Below, piece after piece: positions 23,969 to 38,048 of a DNA stretch of 64,000 bases (the stretch's first letter is position 1; each line of letters starts with the position of its first letter). The translations under genes and the position numbers were made by a program. The DNA is from Botryllus schlosseri. Taxonomy: Eukaryota. The notes below the pieces were generated by a model. That model was not told the origin of the DNA. It searched no databases and saw only the letters and a program-made list of their open reading frames with translations. The DNA is taken from assembly GCA_051294905.1 (NCBI GenBank), contig CM119372.1, forward strand, positions 2,544,001-2,608,000, in the 5' to 3' direction.

Positions 23969-25620
23969 CAGTGGTTCCCAACCAGGGAGGAATTCCCCCC
24001 TTGGGGGGAATTTTGCAACTTTTAGGGGGGAATTCGACTTTAGAATTGTAACGGAATACCCAAATTGTACATATTCGAACAGTCATTTAGTCAACCAGTT
24101 ATATCCGAACGTATACTCCTTATGGCTGTTTTCTGTTTGCTGAAAGTATGTTCAAATGCTATTTGAAATTTCTTTTTCACATACAAATCCCCCCACCCCT
24201 TTTTCAATTAGTTCAGATGTGCTGCAGGACAATTTTGTAGGCCAGCGACGGCCTCTCGATCAAATATGTCCTACGCGTGCCGAATCTATCACAACAAGGC
24301 CTCTATAGTGAAAGTATTTAACTTATATTTTCAAGTCAACATTTTCAGACTGTGACTAAATATTCCAACGTCATCGATTCAAGTCAGAGAGATCGCTAGC
24401 CTTGCTTTATTTTTAGTGAACAGCTACCCGATCGAAAAAAGACATGGTAAACTTGGTGTAATGTTGCCGAAACGTAATGGGTGTCCTAAATTTCAATGAG
24501 CTCCAGCAGGGAATCTGATCACGTGTATGTTATATATCAGGGCTGTAACCCAGTCAAGAGGCTCCGAGTCACAAGTCAATCTCACTTTCATAGTTTTGAC
24601 TCGAGTCAAGTCGAGTCATTTTCAATTCACCATTGATTCAAGTCCAAGTCACCGAGCAGCCGGTCGAATCCGAGTCATGGCATTATGACTCGAGTACGAG
24701 TCCAAGTCACACTCAAGTCAACACTGTTTGGTGATATTTAATGATTTGGATTTATGATATAGCCTACTAATTTTCCTCACTTTGAGCAGTTGCATTGTCA
24801 AGTATCAGGATCAATAGACAAACTTCCAACAGGGTGGTCACTTTACTGTTCTTCGAAATTACAATGACCAGTCGGTCTTGGCCGTTTTATAGTTTTATAG
24901 TCATATGACTTGGTTCGAGTCATGCACAATGACTAGAGTCCAAGTCGAGTCAATACCCAGATTGTCTCGAGTCGAGTCGAGTCGTTTCCTTTCCGTATTT
25001 TGAGAAAATGACTCGATTCAAGTCGAGTTATCAGAAAATGGTGACCCGAGTCAAATTCGAGTCTGGTCAACCCTGCTATATATCAACGTACCACTATTGT
25101 TGGCCAAATGCATGCGCAAACTTGAGAAAAAAAATTCGCGAGACCAGTCAATTTATGGATACTGATTTTTCACAGCAGTTATATTAGCGATTGGTGCATG
25201 GTAAGCCGAAAACACAAATGGAAGTGTGGCGGTCTGTTGAGTCAAGCTTCCAGACTTTGTGTGATTGGGACCAAGACCATGGTTTTTGGAGGTCTACAAA
25301 GTGTTATTACAGCACTGCTAGAAACAAACACTCGGTACCGCCCGTCTTATTCTCTTAGTCAATAGGTGTTGTTTGCACGGTAAAAATGACCATTTTTAAT
25401 CATGGGGCAGATTTATCCTAAGGGGGGAATTTCGGCTAAAATTTCGGCCAAGGGAGGCACGAGATGAAAAAGGTTGGGAACCACTGTCTTAGTCAATAGG
25501 TGTTGTTTGCACGGTAAAAATGACCATTTTTAATCATTGGGCAGATTTATCCTAAGGGGGGAATTTCGGCTAAAATTTCGGCCAAGGGAGGCACGAGATG
25601 AAAAAGGTTGGGAACCACTG
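23969..25620. mobile_element. hAT-type element with a nested MITE and a duplicated right end
   Basis: TIR CAGTGGTTCCCAACC; perfect TSD CCTTAAGG; 134-bp tandem duplication 25353-25486 / 25487-25620. Confidence 0.9.
24538..25075. mobile_element. Nested MITE of the CAGGG/GACTCGAGTC family
   Basis: CAGGGCTGTAACC...GGTCAACCCTG; TSD TTATATAT/CTATATAT; similar to 23105-23637. Confidence 0.85.
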
Positions 25621-25709
25621 CCTTAAGGCCTTGCGGCCCCCCGTCGTCGTCATCCTGGTCCGTACTGGGTTTTCACTGGTGTGACGAATAAATGATTGAT
25701 TGATTGATT

Positions 25710-28140
25710 ACACTGGTTTACACGATTTTTGCACCAGGACTTCTTTGGGTCAATTATAGCCTACCTAATTTGGGGGCGCTGAATACGAATCTGACGTTAT
25801 TTTTGCTCTATCACATCACGTTGTTGAGATATTATATATGTTGAATATTTCTACTTTTTCGAAGTAATCAAGTAGATTTGGGCTACTTGCAGTACTTACT
25901 GAAGTGGTAATGTTTTACAACTACTCCAACATCTACCTGAACAGTATTATGGATGAACTAATTACATTTGCAATTAGGTTTTTGTAAAGTAGAAAGTAGT
26001 TCAGGATAGTATTCCACCACTTTCATGAGTTAAATTGTCGTAAGAAACGCGCGAAATAGCCTCTGAATCATGGTAACTGAATATATTTTTCAAAGATTCT
26101 ACCCATGGGTGGTGTCATCATATTCCTTTTGCGTTAGCTACAACGATGCATCTTGCTAGTTCGTATGTAGTCACCTCTGACTAACTGTTGAATGTATGCG
26201 ACCACCTTCCCACCGACCAAATATACTTGGATATTTATTGACTTCCTCATGCCTTTAATTTCGTATTCCACTTGAAATAGTTTTTAGATGTCTTGGAAAT
26301 TATTATTTCTACTTGTAATTGAGTAGAAGTTTAAGGCGTTACTTGTGCTACTTGAGTAGCAACGGCGATCCCTTCGACCAACTCTAGTTCAAAGTAAAAT
26401 ACTACGGCAAAGCAGAAACCACCAAAAATGTAAGGTTTCTCGTTGATCTGTTAGTAAGCAGTGTCCATTTATCTGGTTGTCTATAATAGACAATGCAAAA
26501 GAAGCCCTTTATACCATGGCAATAAACCAATAGAAATACAGCGTTCGGAAACAGCTTTCCTCGATTCCGATAAAATGTAACAGAATATGAAAACTGGAGA
26601 AGAAGAATTAGCATGATAAGTACAGGCGTAGATTAATAATAAGAAATTATTTCAAGTTATCATGATAAGCCCTTTTTTCTTTGGAAAAGCAGCCATACTG
26701 TTTCTTCTAATGTTTCAAAACAAGCTTCAAAGGTCACATATTTAGGTCATGTACCGGAGTGAACAATTCTCTTCTATATAATATACCTACAATACAATGT
26801 TTTTTGTTTGCAAACTTTAACGTTCCATGAAAGAGCAGTGTGCTGTCAGAAAATGCACTGACCGATTAGGTCTGCAGGACAGATCTATAAAGAAAGATAA
26901 CGTAGGGAACTAAATTAGGTACAGAGCTACTAATCACAATCTTTAAATGAAGAGTGGTATATAAAGATGATGACTGCTACCGACTAAAATTAGTTGCATC
27001 AACGTATAAATTTATTGGTAGAAAAGAGGTCCTGATCGAAAGAAGATAGAGAACCACTGGATTCAAGTTCACCGAAAACTCAGTTAGTCTGTTCTGCAAC
27101 AACCCGGGTTTCATCATTTTAGATGATTTCAATAACAATATTTGATTTGTTGCAGTTGTACGCTTACCGTAATGTCACTAACGAAAGCTGAAATTTAATT
27201 ATTTTAATAAAATGAGAAAAATACATCCCGAAAAAGTTGATGTGATAGAGAAATTCTGGGCACAGAATCGGATTCAGCAACTAATATTAGCCTAACTCAA
27301 TCATTAAAATTTTTGAAGGCCACATTTTTTGAAATTTTCAGATCAGTGTAATTTTATGGGTCGAAAAGAGCTTCAGATTAAATGAAGATAGAGAATCACT
27401 GGATTCAAGTTCATTAAAACTCACTCATTCTGTACTACAACAACCCAGGTTTCATGATAGATAATTTTAATAACAATATTTGATCTGTTGCTGTTGTATG
27501 CTAACCGTGATGTCACCAACGAAAGCCGAAATTTGCTTAATTTACGAAAATGGGAAAAATTCATACGGAAAAAATTTGACGTGATAGAGAAATTATGCAT
27601 TCGCTCTCCGATGAGGAGGAGACTTCCTCGCCTCTCTCTCGACGTGAGCGTCTGCAACGAGTCGGTGAGAATCTGCCACCGCGGAGCTGAAGCGACTCTC
27701 ACCTCTCCTTCTTCCTCTCCTTCTTCTCTTTGCATCTCTCGTACTCTTCCCGCCTCTCGCGCCTTTCTTCCTTCCACTCCAGCTTCTCTCGTCTGCGACG
27801 CTCGTATTCTCTCCTCTTCTCCTTCGTCATGCCGCGCAACTGAAACGCATTGTCCGTCACCGCCGCGTCTCTGTGACATCTCACCACGTTACTGGAGGCT
27901 TCCGAGCTCATGTCGGAGGAGGAGGCGGAAGGAGGGCGCGGTCGATGACGTTACTTCTTCCCGCGACTTCCTTGGCTGTCGTCGTCGGAGCTCGAATCCG
28001 AATCCGAATCTGAAACGAGAGAAAGTTGTAGCGCGGTTCGGCAAAACGTCGTATTCTAGCACAGAATCGGATTCAGCAACCCTAAATTAGCCTAAATCGA
28101 TCATGAAAATTTTTGGTGCAATTTTTTTTTTAATTTGTAG
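25710..28140. mobile_element. Tc1/mariner-like non-autonomous element with a partially duplicated right end
   Basis: TACACTG at about 25710 and CAGTGTA at about 27350; loose subterminal IRs (gctgaatacgaatctg / cagaatcggattcagc); 27020-27340 is repeated at 27360-27597 plus 28060-28140. Confidence 0.5.
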
Positions 28141-30224
28141 GATGGTATTATTTTATGTTGTGATTGTCAGGTTTCCATACAATGTAATTGAAATTGTAAT
28201 TGAGCAAAATTTTTACCAAATTACAATTACAATTACAATTACACAAAATAGAAATGCTTCAATTACAATTACAATTAGAATTGCATGAAAAATTGTAATT
28301 AATTACATTCGACTCAATTACAAATTACAATTGATCCAACTCTGGATCTCAGTACTTATATGTATCGAAAACACTGCATTCGGCATCATCAAAAAGTAGC
28401 CTTCCTAATACCCAATGTATGTTTGTTGATGTACCATTTCATCGTAGGGGGATAAAAATGGTTAATGGATATATTGAAACCAGATTATACATTTGTAACG
28501 AAGCAGAACATCCTGAATAGCCATAAGTCTACCGGGTAGCCAGTACGGATTCTGTAAAGTGGGTGCAAATCACAATGGTAACCTGCATACAAATAACATA
28601 TGTTTGACATTTTGAAGTATATATCGGCACGTATACGTAATTATTTCGAGTATATCTGATTCCCTATTAATATTATGGATTATATTTCTCCGCGACCACA
28701 TGTACGGGAATTCTGACGGGTTGACTTGGCTTATGCCAAAATCTTTCACCCGTAGCGTGTGCAATTAATGTGTGCTTGCGGTTAAAATATGGCGTCGTGT
28801 TTAGCACTTGCGGTGTGTTAAACTGTAACTTCCGAAAATAGATTTGGCGGACAATGTAGTTACCTGTAACAATATTTGTTTCGGTGTAAATATTGATGTT
28901 ATAAAGCATGCAGTTACACTTCTTTTGGTCTTATGTACTTTCCGGTTTTCTGCGGCACAGGTTAGATTACGAATACCAGAAGTGTTTATCATCAGTACCA
29001 TTTCGTGATGAAGAGCCTATATATCAGTTTCTTAGTAGCCTAACGGATTTTTCTCGTGGAGGAGGAGAAGAAAAACAGCACTAAAAAAGTCCACACAGAA
29101 CGCTTGCTGTGATAACCTTTGAAAAAACCTAACACACATGGATTTACGCAAAACGCATCAGATATTTGTTGACGAGACATTGCCTCTATAAAATTACCTT
29201 GTGATGAAGTCAATCTTATCATTGTAATATCAGAATAAATATGAGAACTCGTAGCATATGCATATAATGAGCTGTATTTAGGATTGCCATACTTAAAATT
29301 TGCCTTTCACTAGGAACATCAACAGATACGTTCCCAATACTAAAGTGGCTGAAGTACATCTTCTGTGGTTTAACTAGATCGTGATCGCTGGTGGAGTTGT
29401 TTTTAACTTGGGGCGATGGTCTAACTATTTATTGTTCGGTTATGCGCTCAGTTTTCGTCTGGTGCTAATATATCGGAGAATCGAAGTATTCAAGTTTGAA
29501 TTTGCATCTCCGAAAAAAAGATCGTGATGGAAAATGAAATGTTTGGTCACAGAGTTTCCGTGAATCACGGTGTGGGAACAGATGTAAGGTTTGAACATAA
29601 AATCTACCAAAATATACCACGTTGTATTGTTCTCAGCTGTCAGCTGTCCTCTAAAATTTTGAAAATAAACTTTTAAGTCTCTGTCTGTCTGTTGGGCCGT
29701 TCTAGCCTTTCACGCTAACATCAAATCTAGAGTGTGTTTAATTTATCACAATTATTGAGTTGTGAATGTCATGGAGGTGTTATCAAATCTATAATTTTAT
29801 TCGAATCTGGACATGTTGATGGCAGACCCATATGAAGAAAATAAGTTTCAGAAACTGAATTTGTTAGCGTTTGAAACGTTACTACCTTTGACAATGTTGC
29901 GTTTGGTTTCGATAAAATTCTATAATTTCGGGCGTCCGGGTTGAAGCGCTGCAGACACGAAACCTTGAGTCATATACCAAACGAAGTACTGTAAACCTTG
30001 TACATAAACGAGGTAAATTATTCAGCAAACATCGCAATAATATCGAACAACACTGATCGACATTGGGCCAAAGTTGGTGAATATCTCATATATATATATA
30101 TAAAACATCACGATTATACTACATCTAGCGCTATGTTCTACTTTGTGTTGGACTGCATGAGCCAGCACTGTACTCCATTGCAAATGATCTCAAGAAATAT
30201 ACATTTCAGTATCAGAATCAGTTT

Positions 30225-30770
30225 ATTAACAATTCCATCATTTGAAAAGATAGGAAGGTGTCGAAACGACTTGGAGTAGTCTTTGAAATCAGACACCCAC
30301 CTATTGCCTAGGCGATGTAAAGCGGAGGCATGCACATTGTATACTGACCAAGCGACAAAATGAGGGGGCATGTGACGGAAGGTGAGTTCGATATGTCAGG
30401 TCGTGGTCCGGTGAGCTTAAGGGCTGACTAGTATATTCATTTACTATAAATTGCTTTTATTTCGACTTGAATGTATACATACTCGACGACTGTCAGATAG
30501 CCGACGAGAAACTGTTCCACACTGCAGGTCCGGCATATTTGATAGAACGATGAAATGTCACGTCGACCATATGATAATCGGACGACATGGACAGAGCGTG
30601 TGTTGTACTTTTGTTACTGGCGTCAAGAAGTCATTGTCATCTTGTTCTGAAGAATTCAAGAATAGAAATCTGGTTATTGCTGACCTTTGTTTTACCTGCA
30701 TATAAGGCGAACACCATACTAGGTAATATTGTGGTCAATAAGCGTAATATCTCTGCTGAGTCTCGTCGCA
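30225..30770 (-). mobile_element. CR1/L2-type LINE 3' fragment, same family as 1001-1698
   Basis: HRSIKYAGPAVWNSFSSAI*QSSSMYTFKSK; 3' UTR gaaaagataggaaggtgtcgaaacgacttggagtagtct matches about 1068-1110. Confidence 0.82.
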
Positions 30771-31389
30771 TTTTGTAGTGCAACGCGACGAGCTAACTTT
30801 TAACCTTCAGATACCGATTATGCCAGTGTTGCGTTTTTCAAAAGTAACTCACGCATTGTCTTTCGAAATAGACAAAATTCAATTTACTACGAAGAGCTTA
30901 CCTTTCAAATAATGTAATGTGTCAGTCATCGTGGTTTTGAACAAAAATACCTCACGCTCTCAATTGCAATTCGGAATTTCAGGAAAACAAAACTGCGACA
31001 ATGTTTGACGAATGTGGAGTTAGATAGGCAGATATTAAGGGGATGATGTGACTCAGCTACCTGGCTTTTTGACAATAATCGTCCCTCTGTGTCAATCTCA
31101 ATAGTTAATTTGTTTTACTCCCATTTTATATTGCAGATTCTCCGACTAGCCAGTGACCATATTTTGTGTGCATATGGAGTTGTTTTACTAGAAGTGAGTG
31201 TTTCACAAACAATACTATTCACCTAATATTCACTAAGAGACCAGGCGATCAATATACCTTTGAAAATGATGAATTGGAGTAGGAAAAAAACAAGTTGTAC
31301 AAAGGTCCATACACAACTGTTCGGCTATTTCTGGTTCGAACCAAACCTACGCAGGACACACCCACACGCGTATAATATACACTAATTTG

Positions 31390-34300
31390 TAAAGCCATTT
31401 GTTATTTTTGTGGAAAAAACTCTTGGAAGTTCACAAAAATGTATTGTGCAATTGAATAATATAGTCATATTGAAATATATCTGAATAGGACAGATGAACA
31501 ACAACTTTCCATTTTTGAATAATTTCGCGCTTACGATTTTTATACTTTCACACGCGTCTCATGTTTAGTTTCAATATCCACATTCTTTTCTGTCAATGGT
31601 CGTGCATCAACATAGGTCCACAGAAACCGTTACATCACTAATAAACATCCGTTTGGGCCGACCACGGCGTAGAATGAAACACGTATCGACCGTAAATATC
31701 GATTAAAATCCGACTTTTCATCATAATGTTACCAACATGGTTCGAGTTCGACAACATGCGAAAGTACAATGCACTCGTTCATCAAGTGGTATTATTAGCG
31801 AAAATGTGTATTTCCATGACAATAAACGGGAAGCGATATTTCATTCAACATCAGTTCAGTCATATTTCCAGTAACAAAGCAGTTTGTATCAAAGCCAATG
31901 TCTGCACTGTCACGAAAACACAGTCGGAAAGATAGCGGTTCTTCGGCAAACTGCAGTACTACACGCTGCATACCTCTATCGTAGTGTTTAATCACGCAAA
32001 TCGTGTCACAGCCACCTTATCAGAATACGCTGTACGAGAATCTGTCGTTACCTGATCGATTGTATCTTAACTCTTCGATTAAATGATTGATTACGCAAAG
32101 TCTGCCGCTAAACGTTGACATCCTAAACCTAAACCCAAATAACGATATCCCGAGTTTTACCTAAGCGATGCGTCGATGTCGGTTGCATATCCGACGTAAT
32201 GATGATTGTTTGTTTGTCTGAAATCAGTGTGAAATCGGAAAACGCTGTTTCCTGATCGTTGATCAAGCGTTTTATATTTTTATTAGCTTTAACTAAGATC
32301 GAATCTGCCATCACGTATTTTATTGTTACGGGCTCGTTGAACACTTGAAAGTTCTCTGCAACGGGAATTCCACAGCTTGTTATGTGTTGAACCCAGTAAT
32401 AATAAAATACCGTAGACATATGTACGTCACGTGCATAAGAAGGGAATGCGAAGGACGTGAAACCAAGTTCGACGGATTACTGTAAATCTCGATTTTTGAA
32501 TTGGTACCGCCGATTTACGACGACATGCGGAGCGATCTGGACTACGAATTTTTCATCGTGAAAATGTAATATCATACAATAATATAATATAATAATGACA
32601 TACATAACATACCGCGCGATAAACTGTTATTCATTAAGGACATTGCCATTCATATATCAAGGGAATATCAATCACAACCTATGCGGTCAGAAACAAGACC
32701 ATATAGAACAGGCTTGGGCAAAGTGCTGCCCGCGGAGCGATTCTGTGCGGCCCACCAAAGGTCGCTTGAAATTTAAACTATAAAACCTACTTTTTAATGT
32801 TGCTGCGTGGACTAAAACCATACATAGTATAAACTCAACCGGAAATTCGTTTACTATCAAGCTTGTTCATTTATATATCGTGATTACGCAGCCTATATGT
32901 ACCTCACATGCCTAATCCAGATTCAAAGTAAAGTCAATGTAGCAAATTATGTCGTTAGAATTTAAGTCACAAGAAGTCACCAAACCTTCTTCGTTGCCAT
33001 TGTCACATTACGCATTACGCGGTCTGTGTTTTAAATTGTTACGTGATGTGTTTCCAAATCCATAATTCGTAAAACAAGTGAATCAGTGCTCATCATTTCT
33101 ATGACTATATCACCACCCATGAAGAATGTCCAAAAATAAAGCCGAAAGTTGAAATTCAAAGATGGTTAATAACTACAACCTTGGCTAAACAACGAGACCA
33201 TTTCGGCAAGATGCACAGTAGACACGTCTCGAAAACCATCGCTACCAAGACAATAAGCTGCATATTATCCTCGGGACCGTAACTCCCGCACCCCAAACTC
33301 CCAATTGGGTGGCGAGCTCGACGGGCGCCCAAAATTATTTCGTGAATGAACATAAAGTATGGGGTATTTTTTTTTTAATTTATGCGACTTCATTCAAATT
33401 TTTTTCGCGCTCCGCGCGATTTAGAGATCAATGATTTTTAGAATCGGGCATTTAGGCGTTAGCCATTACCGCACCACGACGCACCAAGATAAATGAACTT
33501 TAGGCCAACACGGGATTCCGAGAAGGCACTGCAATTGCAACTGCTGATCAAATTAACTAGGTAAAGGGAAAAAAGCTCGACAGCGAGAGAGCCTTGGTCG
33601 AAAAGGACTACCTTTATGTTGACCGAAAACCACGATGTCCAATTGTTCTTAGATAATATTGGCCAGGTAAGAAATACCAATCGGGAATCGGGTGCGTCTT
33701 TTTAGTTTGGTACGCTATGGCGATTTCAATATCTTTTCACATAGCAGACGGGAGGTCACGAAATAACAACATGTAACGAAGTATTTATACGAACGGGCCC
33801 TCCCGAATATTTCCAAGACAGTACCTCACTCAGCTCTAGCGGTAAAACTGAGTAGGCCACTACGTGGGCTGAGAGAGGTTAAAAATATAGCAATATATAT
33901 TCAATTACCAATAGTATTGACCGATTGAATCATGAATCATGAAAAGATTCTGTGCTTCGCGCGATTAGGGCATAAACGTTGCCAATTTGTGTATACAAGA
34001 TATCTCGTGCATTGTGAATCTCGATGAGGGCTGATCTGGGGGCAAAGCCCCAGGAGCTTGGTTTAGAACTCTATGGGGGGCCCAAGACCAACGTTTGGGG
34101 GGATGACGACGGGCTGTGTCGGCCATTCCAAATACATTTTAATGTATTTATAGAAAAACGCGGATAGGGGTTTAAAGAGACTTTAATATGTATCATGTTT
34201 AACGGTCCATTTAGGCACCAGCATATTATCGGCATATGAGATTTCGGCATACATGCGGCGGTCTATTTGGTTCAAAGTTTTAATACCAGATGTTTTGACA

Positions 34301-37300
34301 TAATGGCCCCTTATCCAATAGTAGAATATCTGCTCGCAAAGAGAAACTCGTGGGAAATTGCGGTAAGCAATAACCCTCATTTCGACTATGCCGACAAAGG
34401 CGAAGATTTTTAAAAGTCAAAACGGCACGCGATCGTGTATATACATGGTCAGTAATTCGTGATGCGGAAGCAATTAATCAGGCATCAAAGAGATTCGGCC
34501 AAGGACGTATACCGCGCAATAAAATAATTACCATATTTTCATCTGATTTTTCTTATCGTCGATAACTATCAGTGATCTATGCGCATTAGCGGCGGGTGCT
34601 GTTAGCACTTCACAGGGTAGGACTTTGGATAATCTTTACACGCCGGGGATGACCCTTCCACAAGCGATCTTGTACAGATACCAGCTCGCATTCGCATTAA
34701 GATCCAATTCGATCGACATTTTTTGATTATCGTAAGACACCGGTTCAAAAGATACTCGTGATGCCAAGGTATTCTGTGTTTAAAAGAAACTTGTTCCACG
34801 TCTTCTCTATGTTCTCGTTGGTTATATGAAAAGATTTTGATACCATGTTGCATAACTCTCAGACTTATATTAAACGCGCGTATTAGTTTAGTTGTGACAA
34901 AGCCGCTTAATATTATTTCATGACCTGCATTAGAGTTTGGCGCAAGGTCGCATTACATAAGTTTATAGACAGGTTTTGGCGACAGTGAAATAATGCAACA
35001 AGCACTGGATATAATAATTTATATAGCGATGAGACGCTGAATATCGAATCTTCATTGTTATTGTTTTGTTAATTGTAATGAGACACGTTAGGAATACATA
35101 TAGGCTTATACGACGTATTCTCGAGTCACAGATCACTATGGATACCATATTATGCGCTCCGAGAAGGAGGGCGCTTCTTACAAGTGATATTAAAATACAC
35201 TGAATGAGAGATTTTACGAAAAATGGTGATCGGTCGTGGGTTTATCAAAAAATCGTCGTTTTCCCTAGCCGGTGTCTGGTTACCAATACCCACCCTACCA
35301 CAAATGACGTTAGATTGACCTTTCCTTCGCGTCAAATTTGCGGAAAGTCAGTTTTGACGTGTATTTTCTGCCGATATTACCATTTTTAGATGTCTCTATG
35401 AAATCGCCTTATACTCCTGGCAATAGAAGAGGACTATTTGCGAAAAAGAGGACATTTGAGTGTCCTCGGAGAACATTTCGGTTTTCTTGAAAGAAGAGGA
35501 CGAGTCCTCTGAAAATAGGACATTGTTATCCCTACCGATCACGGGCTGGTCTCTGAGAATAGATTAGACAACACGAATCAGCTGAGTGATGATGAATAAA
35601 AAAAAGACGTTATTTTCGACGTACAGCATTGCCGAATCTAAGTGAATTTCATCTCACAGTTTGACATTAAACATACACTTGAGTCTATCGACGAAGCGCG
35701 GATACCATTTACTCACGATGTAGCTGTTTCCACGGCGTATTTACCAGAAAAGTCAAGAGAAAGACCCGATGTAGAACGGACGAAAACAAAACGGCTGATA
35801 ACAGCAAGAAAAGATGTCTAAAAATAAAGACATCCGAAAGATGAAAATCGAGCTCTGTTGCACCGACCATCAGGATGGATGTTAAGTTGAGAGACCTTGG
35901 TCATTTCTACATTCGCCTAATATCTGTGCATTATGTATTCTACATTTCGTGTCTTGAGAGTATGAGGACCAATAGAAGCCGCTGATTATAATTGCAAACA
36001 CGTTTATAAACGCAGTCGGCCTGAATTCATACCTCTTACGTTCCCATTACTGACACGTAAAATAAATCGGTCTATGGACGCATGGCAATCAATGCGATTC
36101 AAATAAAATGGAGTTTGAATCACTCGAAATATTGGTTAATGATTTAATTCCGTCCGTAACCAGCGCATCCTGGCTCATCCAACAAATTGCGGTAGAAAAT
36201 TCTTTCTCAGAAACCCGAAAGAGCGAGTACATCTTAATCTATTTTCGTAAACTTGTGCACAGATTCCTGGAGAAACCGTTACGTTCGAAACAAAATACAG
36301 CAAACACTAACAAAAATGACAATTCCAATTGTATTACGCGGCAGAACGATTGTTCTACTCCCTCCATTTGTGAAATGAGATTACGGAATTAACGAAATCA
36401 TCATTGTTGTCAAGAATAATGGCGTTTACCACCGACCGCAGCGTCAAAGCCAACACAAACAGATCCGGTAGCTTGCGCGCCGCTCGTTGGCGATTTCGGC
36501 GACCGCTGGCGACAGATTTTGTCATTAGCATGTTGTCTAAATTAATTTAATTTTCAAATCCAGAAAATTGAAATAATTATGAAGCGAAATCACCGTGACA
36601 TCTGAAATACTGCGAATATATCGAAAAACGTGATGCCACGATGAAATTACCTCGCTGTTTTAGAGAAAGATACTTGGACGCAGTTTCATTATATCATTCC
36701 AAACAGTCACTTGCATTTTGCATTCCTTCGAGGGAATATGGTGCTTTGGGAGGATCAAAATTCATGAACTGGCGCATAGGGAAGTACATCCTACCGTCGT
36801 CAATGTAATATTGAAAATATGTCTTATTCGATAGATATATATACACGAATTCAAAACTTGAAGTGACTGCCGGCTGGCTCTGCAACGCGTTTAATGACTC
36901 CATGATTGAAAGCTTATGTACGCCCTTTCCTTTTGCGATCGGATGAAGTAATAGATTTATTTTTAGGTGCAAGGTCAGCCAACGCGTAATAACTATGATC
37001 TGGGTATTCGGAACTTCAGCCTAATCAGACCATGTCTCTAAATTTCAAAATCCCCTTAGCGGTGTATGAGATCAATTTCTTCAAATATAATCTGCCACTC
37101 GGACTAATTTAATCTGCGCCGGAGGCGCATGCCGTCTGTGGACTATATTGACATACATTTGGGGATTATAACTTGCGCAGCCGTATAGACAGTGGTACAG
37201 GATTAAATAGGTCAATACTTCATGAACACTGAAGATGAGGCTTTAACCATAGAAAAATAATCGTTCGGTCTTTCGTGTTCATTTCGAAATGCGAATCTTA

Positions 37301-37824
37301 GTCCCACATCACGGCAAGTTCATTCTCTTCATGAAACTAATAAACATATGTCGATATCATTATTTGATCAGGCAAGGCCCGCAGATAGGTCTTATCATCA
37401 AACACAAGAAAAAGGAATATAAATTAATAAGTTTAACCAGAACAAGGATATGGCGGTACTCGTTTCACACATAGTTAGCGCGTAAAGGAGAAAGACTCAG
37501 TCTTGTTCCATTCAGTTCGGAAAATCAACGGAAATGCCAATTTAAACACTTTTATTTCCCTATGGGAGGTCTTCCGCTTTGCATTCAGAATGGTATTTGA
37601 AGTCGTGAGCCCATATTCAAAACATCTTCACGGCCATACGTGTTAAGTAATTTCAATGTAGGACAAAGGAATTTTACCAAAACATTCATTCCCTAAACAT
37701 TTATGAAGAATGCGAACTGGATGTATATCATTAGCAAACTTTCGTTTATATATGTGGCTATTTATTTCGACATAGTTTCCGCATCCTGGAAGTCCTCAAA
37801 GCGCACCAAAATAAATGGTCTGAT
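31390..37824 (-). pseudogene. Possible decayed multi-exon gene: protein-kinase-like, FN3-like repeats, ZU5-like
   Basis: Ordered degenerate kinase motifs CLGNECFGKI (37699-37670), MAVKM (37637-37623), REIKSV, DVGL (37310-37299) and, in the same frame as DVGL, CTTVYTAAQV (37199-37170). FN3-like segments near 34530-34860, 34180-34420 and a clean phase 1-1 exon 32355-32161. ZU5-like ECIVLSHVVELEP near 31740-31780. Many stops and frameshifts. Confidence 0.35.
33272..34120 (+). repeat. Dispersed repeat, same family as 60655-61525 and 62200-62996
   Basis: ggaccgtaactcccgcaccccaaactcccaattggg...gaggtcacgaaataac...cctcactcagctcta is collinear with the copies near 61-63 kb. Confidence 0.8.
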
Positions 37825-38048
37825 CTGCATTGAATGATTGATTGAATTTATTAATTGTCGTAATTGCGATAACGAAAAAGTGCCAGGTAGAGAGAAGCAC
37901 TGGGGAACAGGGGTGTGCAACTCGAGGGATGGTTCCGATCGGCCCGCCCGGTTTTTTAAACGACTTACCTTAAAACGGATTCGCAAACTTAATTTGTGGA
38001 ATTGAACTGGCATTTATTGTTTGCTTCCTTTTTCTCTTTCTATATATA

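Larger units (their letters stand above)
22148..28344. mobile_element. hAT-type element (AATTAC-repeat family) expanded to 6.2 kb by nested insertions
   Basis: TIR CAGAGTGGGATCAATT / AATTGATCCAACTCTG (15/16); perfect TSD GATCTCAG (22140-22147 and 28345-28352); (AATTAC)n at both ends. Confidence 0.88.

Noticed and set aside
27488..28090. Longest ORF (200 aa, plus strand) as a gene
   Set aside because: It spans transposon/insert junctions and is the antisense of a low-complexity purine-rich tract.
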